A stretch of DNA of 64,000 nt from Anaerolineales bacterium UBA2181 (GCA_002328075.1 DCVT01000015.1:75971-139970), one strand, 5' to 3'; shown: positions 45,347 through 55,794, counted from the stretch's first letter. Numbers and translations: made by a program. The notes: generated by a model from the letters alone, not told the origin.

Positions 45347-46651
45347 TCACGGGCGTGGTGGAGGTTCAGCGGTCTTGGGTTCGGGCGGCGAAGCGGTTGG
45401 GGGGGAACCGCTGTCAGGCGTGTCCGTGATTTGTACCGTAGGCACCGGCGTCCGTGTGCGGGTGCTGGTAGGTCGCGGCGTGGGTGTGTTAGTCAGGGTA
45501 AACGTGGGCAGGCGGGTGGGTGTTGCCAGCTCGCCCCCCTCGTCGGTGGGCGCGGCGGTGGGCGATGGCGTGCGCGATGGCGGCGGGGTCTCGGTAGCGA
45601 GTGGGGTGGTGGTGAACGTCGGGGACACTGCCAGCGCGGTCGTTTCCATGGAGGGGGCGCTGGTCACGGCGGCAGCCGTCGCCAACACAGTGGGCGTGGC
45701 CTTTGATTTGAACGGACCGGCCGTGAACGCCCAAACCCCGCCGACCGCTGCCAGCCCCAGGACGGCCAGAGCGGCGATGCCCACCCAAAGCCCAGCGGAA
45801 CCGCCACGGTGCGCAACTGCAGAGGGCTTTTTCCCGGGGATCTGCATCAACACCACCGTGATGTTGTCATAACCGCCGCGCTTGCGTGCCAGCAGAACCA
45901 GTTCCTCGGCCGCCCTTTGTGGCGTTCGATTCTTCACCATGGTATCCAGAATGTCCGGGTCGGATACCATATCCGAGAGACCGTCCGAGCAGAGCAGCAC
46001 TGTGTCCCCGGGCTCGAGCAGCAGACCTTGGTTCTGCTCGGACGGTGGAGCTGCCCCATTCCCCGGGAGACGAAGCCTAAGATCTACCTCCATTTCGGAC
46101 TGGATGCCCATGTACCGTTTGATGACGTTGCGGTTTGGGTGTGACCGGGCTTGCTGGGGGGTCAATCGGCCGGCGTCAATGGCTTCCTGGGCCCAGGTAT
46201 GGTCAATGGTCAGCTGAAATAGCTGGTCGTTTCGCATCAGATAGGCCCGGCTGTCCCCCACGTTCGCCAAATAGAGACGCTGGTTCATAATCACCGCCGA
46301 CGTCATGGTCGTGCCCATGCCGCGAAAGCGAGCGTCCTGCTGGCCTTCCCGCACCACCTCGGCGTTGGCGGTCAGGTAAGCCTCCTTGAGATGACGCTGG
46401 AAATTGGGAGTGGTCACGGTGAGCAGGTATCCCTTGACCACGTCGACCGCCATACGACTGGCGCGTTCCCCGGCCTGATGACCGCCAATTCCATCAGCCA
46501 CAATCCCCACGAACACCTCGGTCCCGTCCTTTTCGGACAGGGTGTAGGCCGAGAAATCAGACCAATCCTCGTTGTTCTTGCCGGTCTCTCCCTGGTGGGT
46601 ATCCATCCCGATTAGGATTGCTTTGAGGTCGTTGCTGGCTATCGGCTTCAT
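45347..46651 (-). CDS. PP2C-family Ser/Thr phosphatase with TM helix and PT-rich tail
   Basis: NEDW, VADGIGGHQAGERAS, GTTMT, ANVGDSRAY, CSDGLSD and GGYDNITVV motifs. The TM is LWVGIAALAVLGLAAVGGVWAF. Confidence 0.85.
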   Translation of the reverse strand: MKPIASNDLKAILIGMDTHQGETGKNNEDWSDFSAYTLSEKDGTEVFVGIVADGIGGHQAGERASRMAVDVVKGYLLTVTTPNFQRHLKEAYLTANAEVVREGQQDARFRGMGTTMTSAVIMNQRLYLANVGDSRAYLMRNDQLFQLTIDHTWAQEAIDAGRLTPQQARSHPNRNVIKRYMGIQSEMEVDLRLRLPGNGAAPPSEQNQGLLLEPGDTVLLCSDGLSDMVSDPDILDTMVKNRTPQRAAEELVLLARKRGGYDNITVVLMQIPGKKPSAVAHRGGSAGLWVGIAALAVLGLAAVGGVWAFTAGPFKSKATPTVLATAAAVTSAPSMETTALAVSPTFTTTPLATETPPPSRTPSPTAAPTDEGGELATPTRLPTFTLTNTPTPRPTSTRTRTPVPTVQITDTPDSGSPPTASPPEPKTAEPPPRP

Positions 46652-46687
46652 ACTTTGCTCCTGCGTTGGTCTGATCTTTATGCCGTG

Positions 46688-48004
46688 TTAGCTGGTAGGT
46701 GTGGCGGTCGGCAGCGGCCGGGGTGTTGGGCTGGGCTTGGTGGGCACCGGTGTTGGTGTCCAAGGGCGCGGCGTGGCGGTGGCTGTGGCCCGCCACGTTG
46801 GCGATGCCATGCGGGTGGGTTCCGGTGGTTGTGTCATTTGCGTGTGGGTCGGGGGCAAGGTCCAGGGCGTTGTTGGGTTGGGGGCCGACTCGGTAGCGGT
46901 AACGACCCGCGTGACAACGACCTCTGGTGCAGGATCGCCGACTCCGGGTAGTGAACCGGTCGCCAGGTTCCAACCCAGCAATCCCAGGAAACCCAAGGTG
47001 GTAAACGCGCTGATTGCCCACGGGACGGCACTCCCGCCCCTTTTACTAGTTTTCTCCAGGGTCGCGGGAGTAAAAATCCGTGGGGCCGGCACCAACTGCT
47101 CCAACCGAAAGACAAACTCCTCAGCTGACGGGCGTCGAATCGGCGCCTTGCTCAGCGCGTCCATGATCAGTTGCTCGACCTCGGGTGGGATTTCCGGGTT
47201 GTGCTTGCGCGGCAAGGTGGGTTCGCTGTTCAGGATGGCGGTGGTGATGTGGTCCTGAGATTTCCCCTCGAATGGGCGCCGCCCGGTGAGCATCTGGTAC
47301 AGCACGGCCGCCAGGCCGTAGACGTCTCCGGCCGATTGATCCGTGACTCGCTCTGGCGGCAGCTGTCCGCGCACGAGCAGCAGCCGCTCGGGCGACATGT
47401 AATAGATGGAGCCTGCTTGCAAACCGATCCGCTCCAATTTGGCCGCAATGCCGAAATCCACCAGGACCGGTTCGATTCGCTGGTTGGCCTGAACCGCAGA
47501 GCGAAACAGCACGTTATCCGGCTTGACATCTCGATGGGCAATTCCTTTGCCGTGCATGTGAGCCAGCGCCAATCCCATTTGACAGGCGATTTCCGCGGCC
47601 TCGTCAACGGATAGCCGACCGTTCTTCCGGAGCAAAGACTGCAATGATCCGCCTTCCAGGTACTCCATGACAAAGAACCAAGGCGAACCAGGCAAGCTGG
47701 TATCGCGCGCGATGACCGGATTGGCCCGCCGACCGCCCATGGGTATGGGATAAATGCGGACAATGTTGGGGTGGAGCAGCTGTTTGAGAACCTGCACCTC
47801 ATTGTTGATGGCGTCGCTGAAGAAACGCTCTTCTTCGGGATTGCGGGCACCAGCGCGCATTACCTTCAGCGCCATGTAGACTAAGGGTCGGTTAGGCAGC
47901 TGGACGGCGGCTTTGCACACCACTGCCATGCCCCCTTGGCCGGTCGGAAAGGTCTCGACTACTGTGTAGGGACCTACCTGGCTACCGGGCGTCAAGTCGG
48001 TCAA
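46688..48004 (-). CDS. Hanks-type Ser/Thr protein kinase (catalytically competent), membrane-anchored
   Basis: GQGGMAVV, ALKVM, HRDVKPDN, DFGIA and SPE. It has a TM helix then a PT-rich extracytoplasmic tail. A TTG start follows GGAGGAGGTG. Confidence 0.85.
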   Translation of the reverse strand: MTDLTPGSQVGPYTVVETFPTGQGGMAVVCKAAVQLPNRPLVYMALKVMRAGARNPEEERFFSDAINNEVQVLKQLLHPNIVRIYPIPMGGRRANPVIARDTSLPGSPWFFVMEYLEGGSLQSLLRKNGRLSVDEAAEIACQMGLALAHMHGKGIAHRDVKPDNVLFRSAVQANQRIEPVLVDFGIAAKLERIGLQAGSIYYMSPERLLLVRGQLPPERVTDQSAGDVYGLAAVLYQMLTGRRPFEGKSQDHITTAILNSEPTLPRKHNPEIPPEVEQLIMDALSKAPIRRPSAEEFVFRLEQLVPAPRIFTPATLEKTSKRGGSAVPWAISAFTTLGFLGLLGWNLATGSLPGVGDPAPEVVVTRVVTATESAPNPTTPWTLPPTHTQMTQPPEPTRMASPTWRATATATPRPWTPTPVPTKPSPTPRPLPTATPTS

Positions 48005-48045
48005 AATGCCACCTCCTCCAGCAGCGTCGTACGCGGAATCGGCAC

Positions 48046-50337
48046 CTAGTCAAAGTCCATTGGCACATAGGGCTGCGTGCTGATCTCGCCTCCGGCATCC
48101 TGGTCATCGATGGGCGGGGGTGGCGGGGGCGCCGTCGGCCGCACAGAACCTGGCGACACCATCGGTTGGGTCGACTCGAGATCAGGTTCAGGCTCAGCCG
48201 GTTCGTATGCCTCGGTGGCAAAGGGATCCACCGGTCGTTCTGCCGGCGCCGGTGTTGGCGTAGGTACACTCCGCGAGCCGGCAATGACGGTGGCCGTAGA
48301 GTCCTCCTGTTTGGTTTTTCCCGGAAAGATGGCCTGCATGGGAATCGTCTGGTCCAGGACCGATCCCTTGCCTTTGGCGGCCGGCATCGAGGATTTCAGC
48401 TTGAACTGCAGCCGGACCCGTCCCAAGTTGATGATGTCATCATGCTGCAGCCACTGTCCGTTGATCCCCACCTGTTCATAATTCACGTACGAGCCGCTGG
48501 TGCTCCCTTCGTCGTACATCATGAAACGCTCTCCCCCCTTGCGGTCCATCTCGTTGCTAATGCGGGCGTGGAGTCGCGAGACCGACCGATCGTTCAGCAC
48601 CACCTGGGCCAACTGCTCGTCTCGACCGAGCCGTATGTTTTCACCAACCAGTTCGATGGGCGGTCTGGTCGGATCGTCCCCTTCCAGGACGACCAGATAT
48701 GCCTTGACATCCTGTGTCGCCCGGGCTTTGTCCCGATCCACGAAAAACGGCTCGGTGATCTCTTTGACCTTGTTTACTACCGAGCTAATTACCTTGGGAG
48801 GGCGGCGTACCAGGATGACCACCAAGACAAGCGCCAGCAGCGACACAACCAGGGCCCCTAGCGACCATACCTCTGGGTTGCAGCGCACAATTCCCGTGAT
48901 ACCACTGTATTGGTCTTCACACGCTACCACCACCACGGGCGTGGGGGTGGGCATGGGGGTGGGGGTCGGGGTGGGAACCGGGGTCGGTGTGATGACGGTG
49001 ATGCTCAACCGGAGTTCGTCGCTCTCCGATTGCATTCCCTGAACGTCCCGTACCCGGACACGGATCGAATGGGACCCGGCCTGCAGCGAGGTCAGGTTCC
49101 AGATAATCTGGCTGCAGGGTGGGACGCAGCTTTCGCTAGCCACCACTCCGTCCACCAGGAGATCCACCTTGTCCACCTGCCGTGGATAGCCGTCGGGCCA
49201 ATTCACCTCGAAATCAACCACCTGCGTTCGCGGTTCTATGTCCTGGACCGGCATCCTGGGATCATCGGTCCGACGGGTGATTTGGGTGCCCGGTGTCGGC
49301 TGGAGGATGATCACCTGCGGTGGCCTGACGTTGATGCTGAAACCAACCCGCGCCGACTTGCCCCCGGTTTCGAGGAGCAACTCGTGGCTGCCGGCGGAAT
49401 AGAGCTTGGAAGTGTAAGTGAGTTGGTACTGCTCGCGCTGGCTGGTGAGCCTTGCGTACAGCGGTTCCAGCGAAACGCCTATCAGCTCGTCGAGGGGGGT
49501 GGGTTTGCGGCCCTCGGACGCCAACCGGTAGTGGTCTCCGTACGTGTCCAGCGACAGCCGTTTCATGTTGGACTCTGCCTGACCGCCCCAATTGTTGGCA
49601 GGACCAAAGATGATCGTATAGATCGGCACGTTCTGCGTGTTGGCAGTCCGGACAATGTCGGCTACCTCGCGGTCGCTGATCACGTCGATGCCGTCCGAGA
49701 TGACGATCACAGCCTGGAAGAGTGTGGACCGGGCCGCCTGCAGCTGGGCCAGTGCCCGCGAGACCAGGTCGTTCAGCGGCGTAGCACTGATACCCTGAGG
49801 TATCTCGTATAAATAGGTGCCGTCGCGCACCGTATTCCTGAACGGCGTAAAGGCGGCCGTATCCTCAGGAAGCGGAGCCACCTTCTGAATCTCGGTGCTG
49901 GAAAGTGGCGCCAAAACGGCGACCTGATCCATACCTTCGGCCATGTAGGATTCGGCAAAGGTGTAGACAACCTGTTTGGCTTCCTCCAACCGTGTATAGC
50001 CCGTGGCTCCGTTCTGGCGAGTGTCAAGACTGGCGTCCAAGACGAACACCAGTTGGACGCCCACCTGCACATCGTCCACGGTGACCGGTAGGGCATCGCC
50101 ATCCTCGCTCAACGCGAAATCCGCGGCGGTGAGCCCTGGCACGCGGCCGCGAGCGTCATCCGACACAATGGCGCGGACCGCAACGGTTGGGAAGGCAGAG
50201 TAATCCACCTTGCCTTGAGGCACGGCCACTTCAAAGACCTGCCCCTGAGCGCCCAACCATGTGGCGGGCGCTGCTCCAAGCAACAGGGCGATAACAAGCA
50301 CAATGCGCCAGGAAGTGATCACCGATTGTCTGTTCAT
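48046..50337 (-). CDS. Signal peptide - VWA - Ig-like - TM - FHA protein
   Basis: The N-terminal signal is followed by a VWA-like core (VFVLDASLDT ... VIVISDGID). The TM is VWSLGALVVSLLALVLVVILV. The C-terminal FHA reads IRLGRD..VSRLHARIS..GSTSGSYVN. Confidence 0.7.
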   Translation of the reverse strand: MNRQSVITSWRIVLVIALLLGAAPATWLGAQGQVFEVAVPQGKVDYSAFPTVAVRAIVSDDARGRVPGLTAADFALSEDGDALPVTVDDVQVGVQLVFVLDASLDTRQNGATGYTRLEEAKQVVYTFAESYMAEGMDQVAVLAPLSSTEIQKVAPLPEDTAAFTPFRNTVRDGTYLYEIPQGISATPLNDLVSRALAQLQAARSTLFQAVIVISDGIDVISDREVADIVRTANTQNVPIYTIIFGPANNWGGQAESNMKRLSLDTYGDHYRLASEGRKPTPLDELIGVSLEPLYARLTSQREQYQLTYTSKLYSAGSHELLLETGGKSARVGFSINVRPPQVIILQPTPGTQITRRTDDPRMPVQDIEPRTQVVDFEVNWPDGYPRQVDKVDLLVDGVVASESCVPPCSQIIWNLTSLQAGSHSIRVRVRDVQGMQSESDELRLSITVITPTPVPTPTPTPMPTPTPVVVVACEDQYSGITGIVRCNPEVWSLGALVVSLLALVLVVILVRRPPKVISSVVNKVKEITEPFFVDRDKARATQDVKAYLVVLEGDDPTRPPIELVGENIRLGRDEQLAQVVLNDRSVSRLHARISNEMDRKGGERFMMYDEGSTSGSYVNYEQVGINGQWLQHDDIINLGRVRLQFKLKSSMPAAKGKGSVLDQTIPMQAIFPGKTKQEDSTATVIAGSRSVPTPTPAPAERPVDPFATEAYEPAEPEPDLESTQPMVSPGSVRPTAPPPPPPIDDQDAGGEISTQPYVPMDFD

Positions 50338-50348
50338 GCGTTTGCCCT

Positions 50349-51347
50349 CTATTGGTTCACTTTCGTATCATATGATACAGCCATCTGACCCAGATAACCC
50401 CAGGCCTTTTCGAATACGGGCCAGGCAAAATGGCGCGCCTGGCCGTACCACGGGTCGTGGACGTAGACTCCCTGCTCGTCGTAGCCAAAGACCGTGAAGG
50501 TGTGTTCACCCCGAACGGCGTTCACCCAGGTTCGGCCATCATCGGTGTACCAGCCGGTCAGCTCAACCGGTTCCATGTCAAACGGTGCCCAGACAATGAC
50601 CGGATGATCTGCCTGAATCTGTCGCCGTAACCATGCTGCGCCTTGTCCATTGAATGCCCGAACGTGGAGCCCCAGTCTTTGGAGGCCGGCCGCCACAGGC
50701 TGGGCGTACACACCGTACCCCCGGGGATAGAGCTGGCGCGGCGGGTCGTCAAAACTCGTACCGACAAAACCGACATTGGGGTTGCCATTGGGGTCGTGAC
50801 CGACGGCCAGGAACACCGTTTGCCAGGACAGGTTGAGCCCGTAGAACTGGGCAAGGTCAGCGGCCGACGTGAACTCGCAGTTAAGGTTTCGCTCCTGTTT
50901 GCTGAAAGGCACGCCGATGATCTGGTGCACACCGGCCGTTCGCGCAATTGGGGTGGGCGTTTTCAGGTCCTCGAGTGTGGATTGGTTGCTCGAGCCCGGT
51001 GCGGCACTCGTGGCCGGCGACGGCAGATCCGTGGGCGCAACCGCCGGCGGCAACGCGACCGATTCAGGTTCGGGCAGTAAAGGCACAACGAGGTTGGTTG
51101 ATGACCCCGATTGGTTGTCTGACCCGGTACGGTGGACCACCGTTCCAGCATTTCGTGCAAGACTGCCTTCCCTGGAGATCCATCGCTCACCCAGGTAAGC
51201 AAAGAGCAAAAGACAGGCGGCTATCAGAGCGGCCAGCAGCAGTCTATATGTCAGGTTGAGCATATCTGGCTGCCGGACGGCGGATAACAGCGGGGGCAGC
51301 CTTGCCGGGCGTGGTGACGAGCCCGAATTGCCGGCCACCTGCCTCAC
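50349..51347 (-). CDS. Membrane-anchored papain-fold C39-like peptidase domain protein
   Basis: An N-terminal TM is followed by QERNLNCEFTSAADLAQFYG (Cys) and GEHTFTVFGYD (His) contexts. The GTG start at 51347 overlaps the upstream stop as GTGA, and ATG 51263 is an alternative. Confidence 0.5.
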   Translation of the reverse strand: MRQVAGNSGSSPRPARLPPLLSAVRQPDMLNLTYRLLLAALIAACLLLFAYLGERWISREGSLARNAGTVVHRTGSDNQSGSSTNLVVPLLPEPESVALPPAVAPTDLPSPATSAAPGSSNQSTLEDLKTPTPIARTAGVHQIIGVPFSKQERNLNCEFTSAADLAQFYGLNLSWQTVFLAVGHDPNGNPNVGFVGTSFDDPPRQLYPRGYGVYAQPVAAGLQRLGLHVRAFNGQGAAWLRRQIQADHPVIVWAPFDMEPVELTGWYTDDGRTWVNAVRGEHTFTVFGYDEQGVYVHDPWYGQARHFAWPVFEKAWGYLGQMAVSYDTKVNQ

Positions 51348-52300
51348 GGTGCCACCTCTAGGCGGGCGTCATCCCAGTACGTATCCTGGTTCCGGCGCGG
51401 TTGATTGGGAGAGGACCAGGCGAAAACGGTCACATAGTCGCTCTCAGAAGTGGCTTCCACGCTAAAGGCCGACCAGCCAGAGGTGGGACTTTGGCGAGCT
51501 GACCACACGATGGAGTCAGCCTTGGGGTTACTTCCGCCCAACGGGTCGATTCCGATACGCATGCCCATATCGGCCGGGTTACACGACTGGTCACTCGGGC
51601 AATCGCCAGAACCGTCGTGTGACCAGGCCTGGCCGTAGATGGTGAACCGTAACTTGACCCCCGGGGCCACCTGTACTCGCTGCATGACGCCGGCGGTGTA
51701 GGTGCCAAAGGTCTTGAAATACTGCTGGGCGCGCTCGCCGCTGTGCACCCGGCTCAGATGGGGCGCCTCGGCCGGCTTGAACTCGGGGGCAAAGTCCGCG
51801 TCCGACCACTGGACATACCATGGAATCCAGCCTTCGGGCACATTGAACTCGGTTCGGCCGGCATAGGGCCCGTATTGGCCTTCGAAACCTGGGTTGGTGA
51901 GCAGATTGACGCCGACTGGAACCACCGAGCCGGGCTTTTGCGTTGCAGCCGGCGGGCCGGTCGGCGAGGGCGATGGCGGACTGGTTGGAATCACTGCCCG
52001 ACGGGTGGGAGTGATCTTGGGGGTGGGTACCGCAGTGGGCGTGGGCGGTCTGGTGGGCAGCGTGGTGGCGGTTGGAAGCGGTGGTGGTGTCTCTGAAGGC
52101 AATGCCGCCGTCACCAGTGGCTCGGCTGTCGGCGGATCGCCCGACACCAGGCAGCCGACACTAGAGATCACCAGGAGCGCGCACAACCCGAGCCACGAGC
52201 GTACGTGCCCACGAGTGCGGCGGGTCCTGTCCAGTGTTCCTGGTACCGATCGATCAGCGATCCTACGCGTCGGACACGACATGCGCCAAGCTCCGCTCAT
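51344..52300 (-). CDS. Secreted protein with PT-rich linker and CBM4/9-like domain
   Basis: It has a TM/signal segment (LGLCALLVISSVGCLV), a PT-rich region and NLLTNPGFEGQY...VHSGERAQQYF, typical of carbohydrate-binding jelly-rolls. Confidence 0.4.
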   Translation of the reverse strand: MSGAWRMSCPTRRIADRSVPGTLDRTRRTRGHVRSWLGLCALLVISSVGCLVSGDPPTAEPLVTAALPSETPPPLPTATTLPTRPPTPTAVPTPKITPTRRAVIPTSPPSPSPTGPPAATQKPGSVVPVGVNLLTNPGFEGQYGPYAGRTEFNVPEGWIPWYVQWSDADFAPEFKPAEAPHLSRVHSGERAQQYFKTFGTYTAGVMQRVQVAPGVKLRFTIYGQAWSHDGSGDCPSDQSCNPADMGMRIGIDPLGGSNPKADSIVWSARQSPTSGWSAFSVEATSESDYVTVFAWSSPNQPRRNQDTYWDDARLEVAP

Positions 52301-52350
52301 TCACCTGTATTTTCCCCGTTTTGTCTGCTGTGTCAAGCAAAGTCCGATCC

Positions 52351-55300
52351 CTATGGGTTCCTGGGCACTGATGCTTTGAGAATCGCGCACGCCGGGCAAC
52401 TCCCGTCCTTACGGATGATGGCATACCCTGCTTGTGGGTCATCGCCAAAGACCTCAAAGTCCACGTTCCAAATGATGGCCATCCTGACTTTGCCGCTGGC
52501 CGCTGCCAGGCTCACTGCCTGTCCTAACCATTCGGCTTGTTCATAGACGCTGGTGTCCTGGGCCCAGGCAAAATTCGAGGGTAGCTGGCCGTATCCCTCT
52601 GGACTGAGATAACCCAACTCGGTAAGACAGAGGGGTTTCTTACCGCCAAATGCGTTCCAGTAGGTGTCAACCATGCCCCAGAAATAACGGGTATAGTGCT
52701 CGCTGCGCGGGTCTCCGCTGGTCTCATCCGGCGGGATGATCCCCTCGTTGTAGTGGATGCCGACGCAATCGATGAATCGATCGGCGCCTGCACTGGCCAT
52801 TCCCTCCACGTAGCGCTTGTCGCTCCAGACCTGCACTCCATCGTCAACACCGGTTGGAGCCGGAGCCCCGCTGATCACCAGCGTCCCGACCCCGCGTGAC
52901 CGAATTTGGCTTGAGGCCTTGGCCAGCAGATCGACATACTGGTTGGGGCTGATCTGACCGGTGGGCCATTCGCGGTCAATGTTCATCTCGTTCCAGACCT
53001 CAATTGCTTCCACCTGCAATTCTGCCAGACCACCCACGAAAGCTGCATATTGGTCAAAGTACCCGGATCCGCCGGCCAAGTCTTCTCGGTGACCGACCAC
53101 GCTCAGCAGCACTTTGAATCCCTGCGTGTGCCAGGTGTTGATGTCCTCTGCCAGGTTCAGCGCGCTGTCACCCGGCCCGTATCGGATCTGCTTCTTGACC
53201 CAGGTCATGCCGGCCTGGCGCATTTCGCCCAGGTGATCGTTGCCGCGTATCTGCCCGCCTAACCCAAAGTTGGGAACCGGGGTCGTGGTGGGCGTTACAC
53301 TGGGTGTAGCGGTCGGCAGGTTGCACGGGTCTGGATCCAGACGGTCCACTATGCCGTCGAAATCGCTATCTGGATTGTTCGGGTTGGGGCAGAGAATCGG
53401 ACCCTCACCGAACAGCTGCAAGGAGAGCGCCACCTCTTCGCCATCCAGCCAGGTGTCGTTATCCGTGTCGTTGTCGAGCGGGTCGGTTTTGTACTTATAG
53501 ACCTCGTCGCCGTCGGACAACCCATCGGCATCGGTATCATATTTGTAGGGATCGGTGCGGTAGATGTTGATCTCGTCCGCGTTCGACAGCCCATCGCCGT
53601 CGCTGTCGAGCGCTCCCCAGGTGGCAGTGGCGTTAGGTGTGCTGGTGGGAGTCAGCGACGGCGTCGGTGTAGCGGTGGAGACGGGTGTCTGGGATGGGGT
53701 CCCACTGGCAGTCGGAGTGGGAGATGGGAAAGCTCGGTCGTAAAGCCCAGGGCCAACGGCGGCCGCCAGGCCCGCCAGGGCACAACAGAGGACCATGAGC
53801 AATACCGGTAGCCAGGAGGGAAGCCAAGCCCGCAGCCGGAATTGGGCGGGAAGCACCCGTGGCGGCGCCGTCGAGGATGTGACAGTCACGATCAACGGCA
53901 TCATCTTGGTGCCGCCTAGCCAATTGAGCTTGCGCGGCGCTACCCGCAGTTTCACCGCCTGACTGGCAGCCGGGGCAAGCTCTACTCTCTCGGGTTCAAC
54001 CTGGCACATCAGCGCCTGGGCGCTATCTTTGGCGGCCACCGTATACTCGGAAGGGGCATTGCCCTGGTTAGTGATGGTCACCTCGAGTGCACCTCGCGTG
54101 CGGGTTTCGACATCGGCCGGAGCTAGTTCGGCGTCGAACCGGGCAAAGGGCTCCACTACCAGGACGGCGTCCACTTTCTCCACAACGTCCTTGCGCTCCC
54201 GCGAGTGGATCAGAAGCTGGATCGGATGGGGTCCCGCGGTCGTCGTGGGTTCGGGCGGCGGATGAAAGGTCAGTGTGATGGGCGCCTGTTGACGCGGATT
54301 AAGCTGAACCGGTCGCACCGGGCAGGTCACCCAGTCTGGAGGAACTCCGAAAACCCGCACGGAAAAGTGGTCCACAATTGAGGTCATGTTTTGCAGGTTG
54401 ACCTGGAGCACCCCGGGTGTGCTGCCTGGAGTGGCCCGGACTCGGCCGTCTTCCATCCGGACGTTGACGGTGGATGCTGGACCGGGGGAGGCGACTGCCG
54501 CCTGCTCCGCGGCCGCAGCCGGAACAGGCTCCGGTTGGCCCACCGATTCCAATCGTAGTTCAAATGGGGGGATTCGAATGGCGGATCCGGGCGAGAGTGT
54601 CTCCGGTTGTCGAGGAAGGAGCCGAGCATCGCCGATGAATGTCCCGTTTGCACTGCCCAGGTCCTGGATCACGACATCCGACGGTTGCACTAGCAGCTCT
54701 GCATGGTGCCGCGAGACCCGGCTGTCGGGCAGCGGCAAGTCACACTTGGCATCCCGTCCGATGACCAGGCGCTGCGGAATCTGGAGCGGCACAATGCGCG
54801 TGGATTCGCCTGGCCGGCTGATGTGGAGTTCCAGAGTGCCGGTGGGACGACGGGACAGATCGGGGCTGGACAGCGCAGCATCGGACTTGTCGGCCTGTGG
54901 CTGGGCTAACGATACGGCACCTGCCAACGCTTCCCACCCGCTGCCGTGAGGCAACTTGAGCTGTCGGCGGAGGTTCTGCAACTGCTCGGCAACCTCCTCT
55001 ACGCTGGGCCGTTTTCGCGGGTCTTTGGCGATCATCGCCAACACCAGGTTCGCCAACTCGGCGGGCGTGTCAATGCGGTGCTGGCTTGGATTCTTGGGAA
55101 CAGCCTTGGTGTGCATGGCGACCGCCTGTTCCACCGACGACACCTGAAACGGCGGTTGACCGGTACTCAATTCGTACAACACGACCCCCGCCGAATAGAC
55201 GTCGGTTTTGACGGTGGCGGGCGATGCGACGCACTGCTCGGGTGAGAGAAAAGTCAATGCTTCCCTCGTCTGCAGGTCAGAGTTGGCCTGGAAAGAGGAT

Positions 55301-55794
55301 TCCAGCAGCCGGCCGATGCCGACCTCCTTGAGGGTGGCCTGGTAAGCCTGGTCATGGCGGACAAGCTGCACGTTCTTTGGGCGCATCGCAAGGTGCAACA
55401 ATTGATGACCATGAACGTACTGCAGAGCATCGGCGATCTGGCGCCCCAATTGGACGACGTCAGCCCAGGGCAGTGGACCGTCGGTGTGTTCCAGCACCTG
55501 TCTTAACGTGGGACCAGAGGCATAGGCCATCATGAGAAAGAGCTGACCGTGCCATGTTCCCTGGCCGATGGTTCGGACAATCCCCGGATGGTCGAGCTTG
55601 GTCAACCGCGTGGCCAGTTCCTGAAATTGAGCCAGGAACTCCTTCTGCTGGCTCAGAGTGTTGGCAAACACCCGGAAAGCTACGTCAGTGCGCTCCACAG
55701 GATGGAAGGCACGATAGACGACCCCCAGGTTGTCTTCGTCAAGCCGCTCGCGGATGCGGTATCCCTCGATGAGTTGGCCTCTCCAATCCTCCAT
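52351..55794 (-). CDS. Pseudokinase - FHA - Ig-like - TM - TSP3-type Ca-binding repeats - GH-A-like barrel (1147 aa)
   Basis: It has a kinase fold with degenerate catalytic motifs (VAFRVF for VAIK, HLAMRPKN for HRDLKPxN, EVG for DFG). The FHA reads LVIGRD..VSRHHAEL..GSANGTF. The TM is WLPVLLMVLCCALAGLAAAV. Asp-rich repeats follow (DSDGDGLSNADE, DTDADGLSDGDE, DNDTDNDT). The C-terminus has VWNEMN and LTELGY. Confidence 0.7.
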   Translation of the reverse strand: MEDWRGQLIEGYRIRERLDEDNLGVVYRAFHPVERTDVAFRVFANTLSQQKEFLAQFQELATRLTKLDHPGIVRTIGQGTWHGQLFLMMAYASGPTLRQVLEHTDGPLPWADVVQLGRQIADALQYVHGHQLLHLAMRPKNVQLVRHDQAYQATLKEVGIGRLLESSFQANSDLQTREALTFLSPEQCVASPATVKTDVYSAGVVLYELSTGQPPFQVSSVEQAVAMHTKAVPKNPSQHRIDTPAELANLVLAMIAKDPRKRPSVEEVAEQLQNLRRQLKLPHGSGWEALAGAVSLAQPQADKSDAALSSPDLSRRPTGTLELHISRPGESTRIVPLQIPQRLVIGRDAKCDLPLPDSRVSRHHAELLVQPSDVVIQDLGSANGTFIGDARLLPRQPETLSPGSAIRIPPFELRLESVGQPEPVPAAAAEQAAVASPGPASTVNVRMEDGRVRATPGSTPGVLQVNLQNMTSIVDHFSVRVFGVPPDWVTCPVRPVQLNPRQQAPITLTFHPPPEPTTTAGPHPIQLLIHSRERKDVVEKVDAVLVVEPFARFDAELAPADVETRTRGALEVTITNQGNAPSEYTVAAKDSAQALMCQVEPERVELAPAASQAVKLRVAPRKLNWLGGTKMMPLIVTVTSSTAPPRVLPAQFRLRAWLPSWLPVLLMVLCCALAGLAAAVGPGLYDRAFPSPTPTASGTPSQTPVSTATPTPSLTPTSTPNATATWGALDSDGDGLSNADEINIYRTDPYKYDTDADGLSDGDEVYKYKTDPLDNDTDNDTWLDGEEVALSLQLFGEGPILCPNPNNPDSDFDGIVDRLDPDPCNLPTATPSVTPTTTPVPNFGLGGQIRGNDHLGEMRQAGMTWVKKQIRYGPGDSALNLAEDINTWHTQGFKVLLSVVGHREDLAGGSGYFDQYAAFVGGLAELQVEAIEVWNEMNIDREWPTGQISPNQYVDLLAKASSQIRSRGVGTLVISGAPAPTGVDDGVQVWSDKRYVEGMASAGADRFIDCVGIHYNEGIIPPDETSGDPRSEHYTRYFWGMVDTYWNAFGGKKPLCLTELGYLSPEGYGQLPSNFAWAQDTSVYEQAEWLGQAVSLAAASGKVRMAIIWNVDFEVFGDDPQAGYAIIRKDGSCPACAILKASVPRNP

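Noticed and set aside
45255-45872. 205-aa plus-strand ORF
   Set aside because: It lies antisense to the PT-rich tail of the PP2C gene. Its Gly/Val/Arg-rich repetitive translation mirrors the Pro/Thr codons on the opposite strand.
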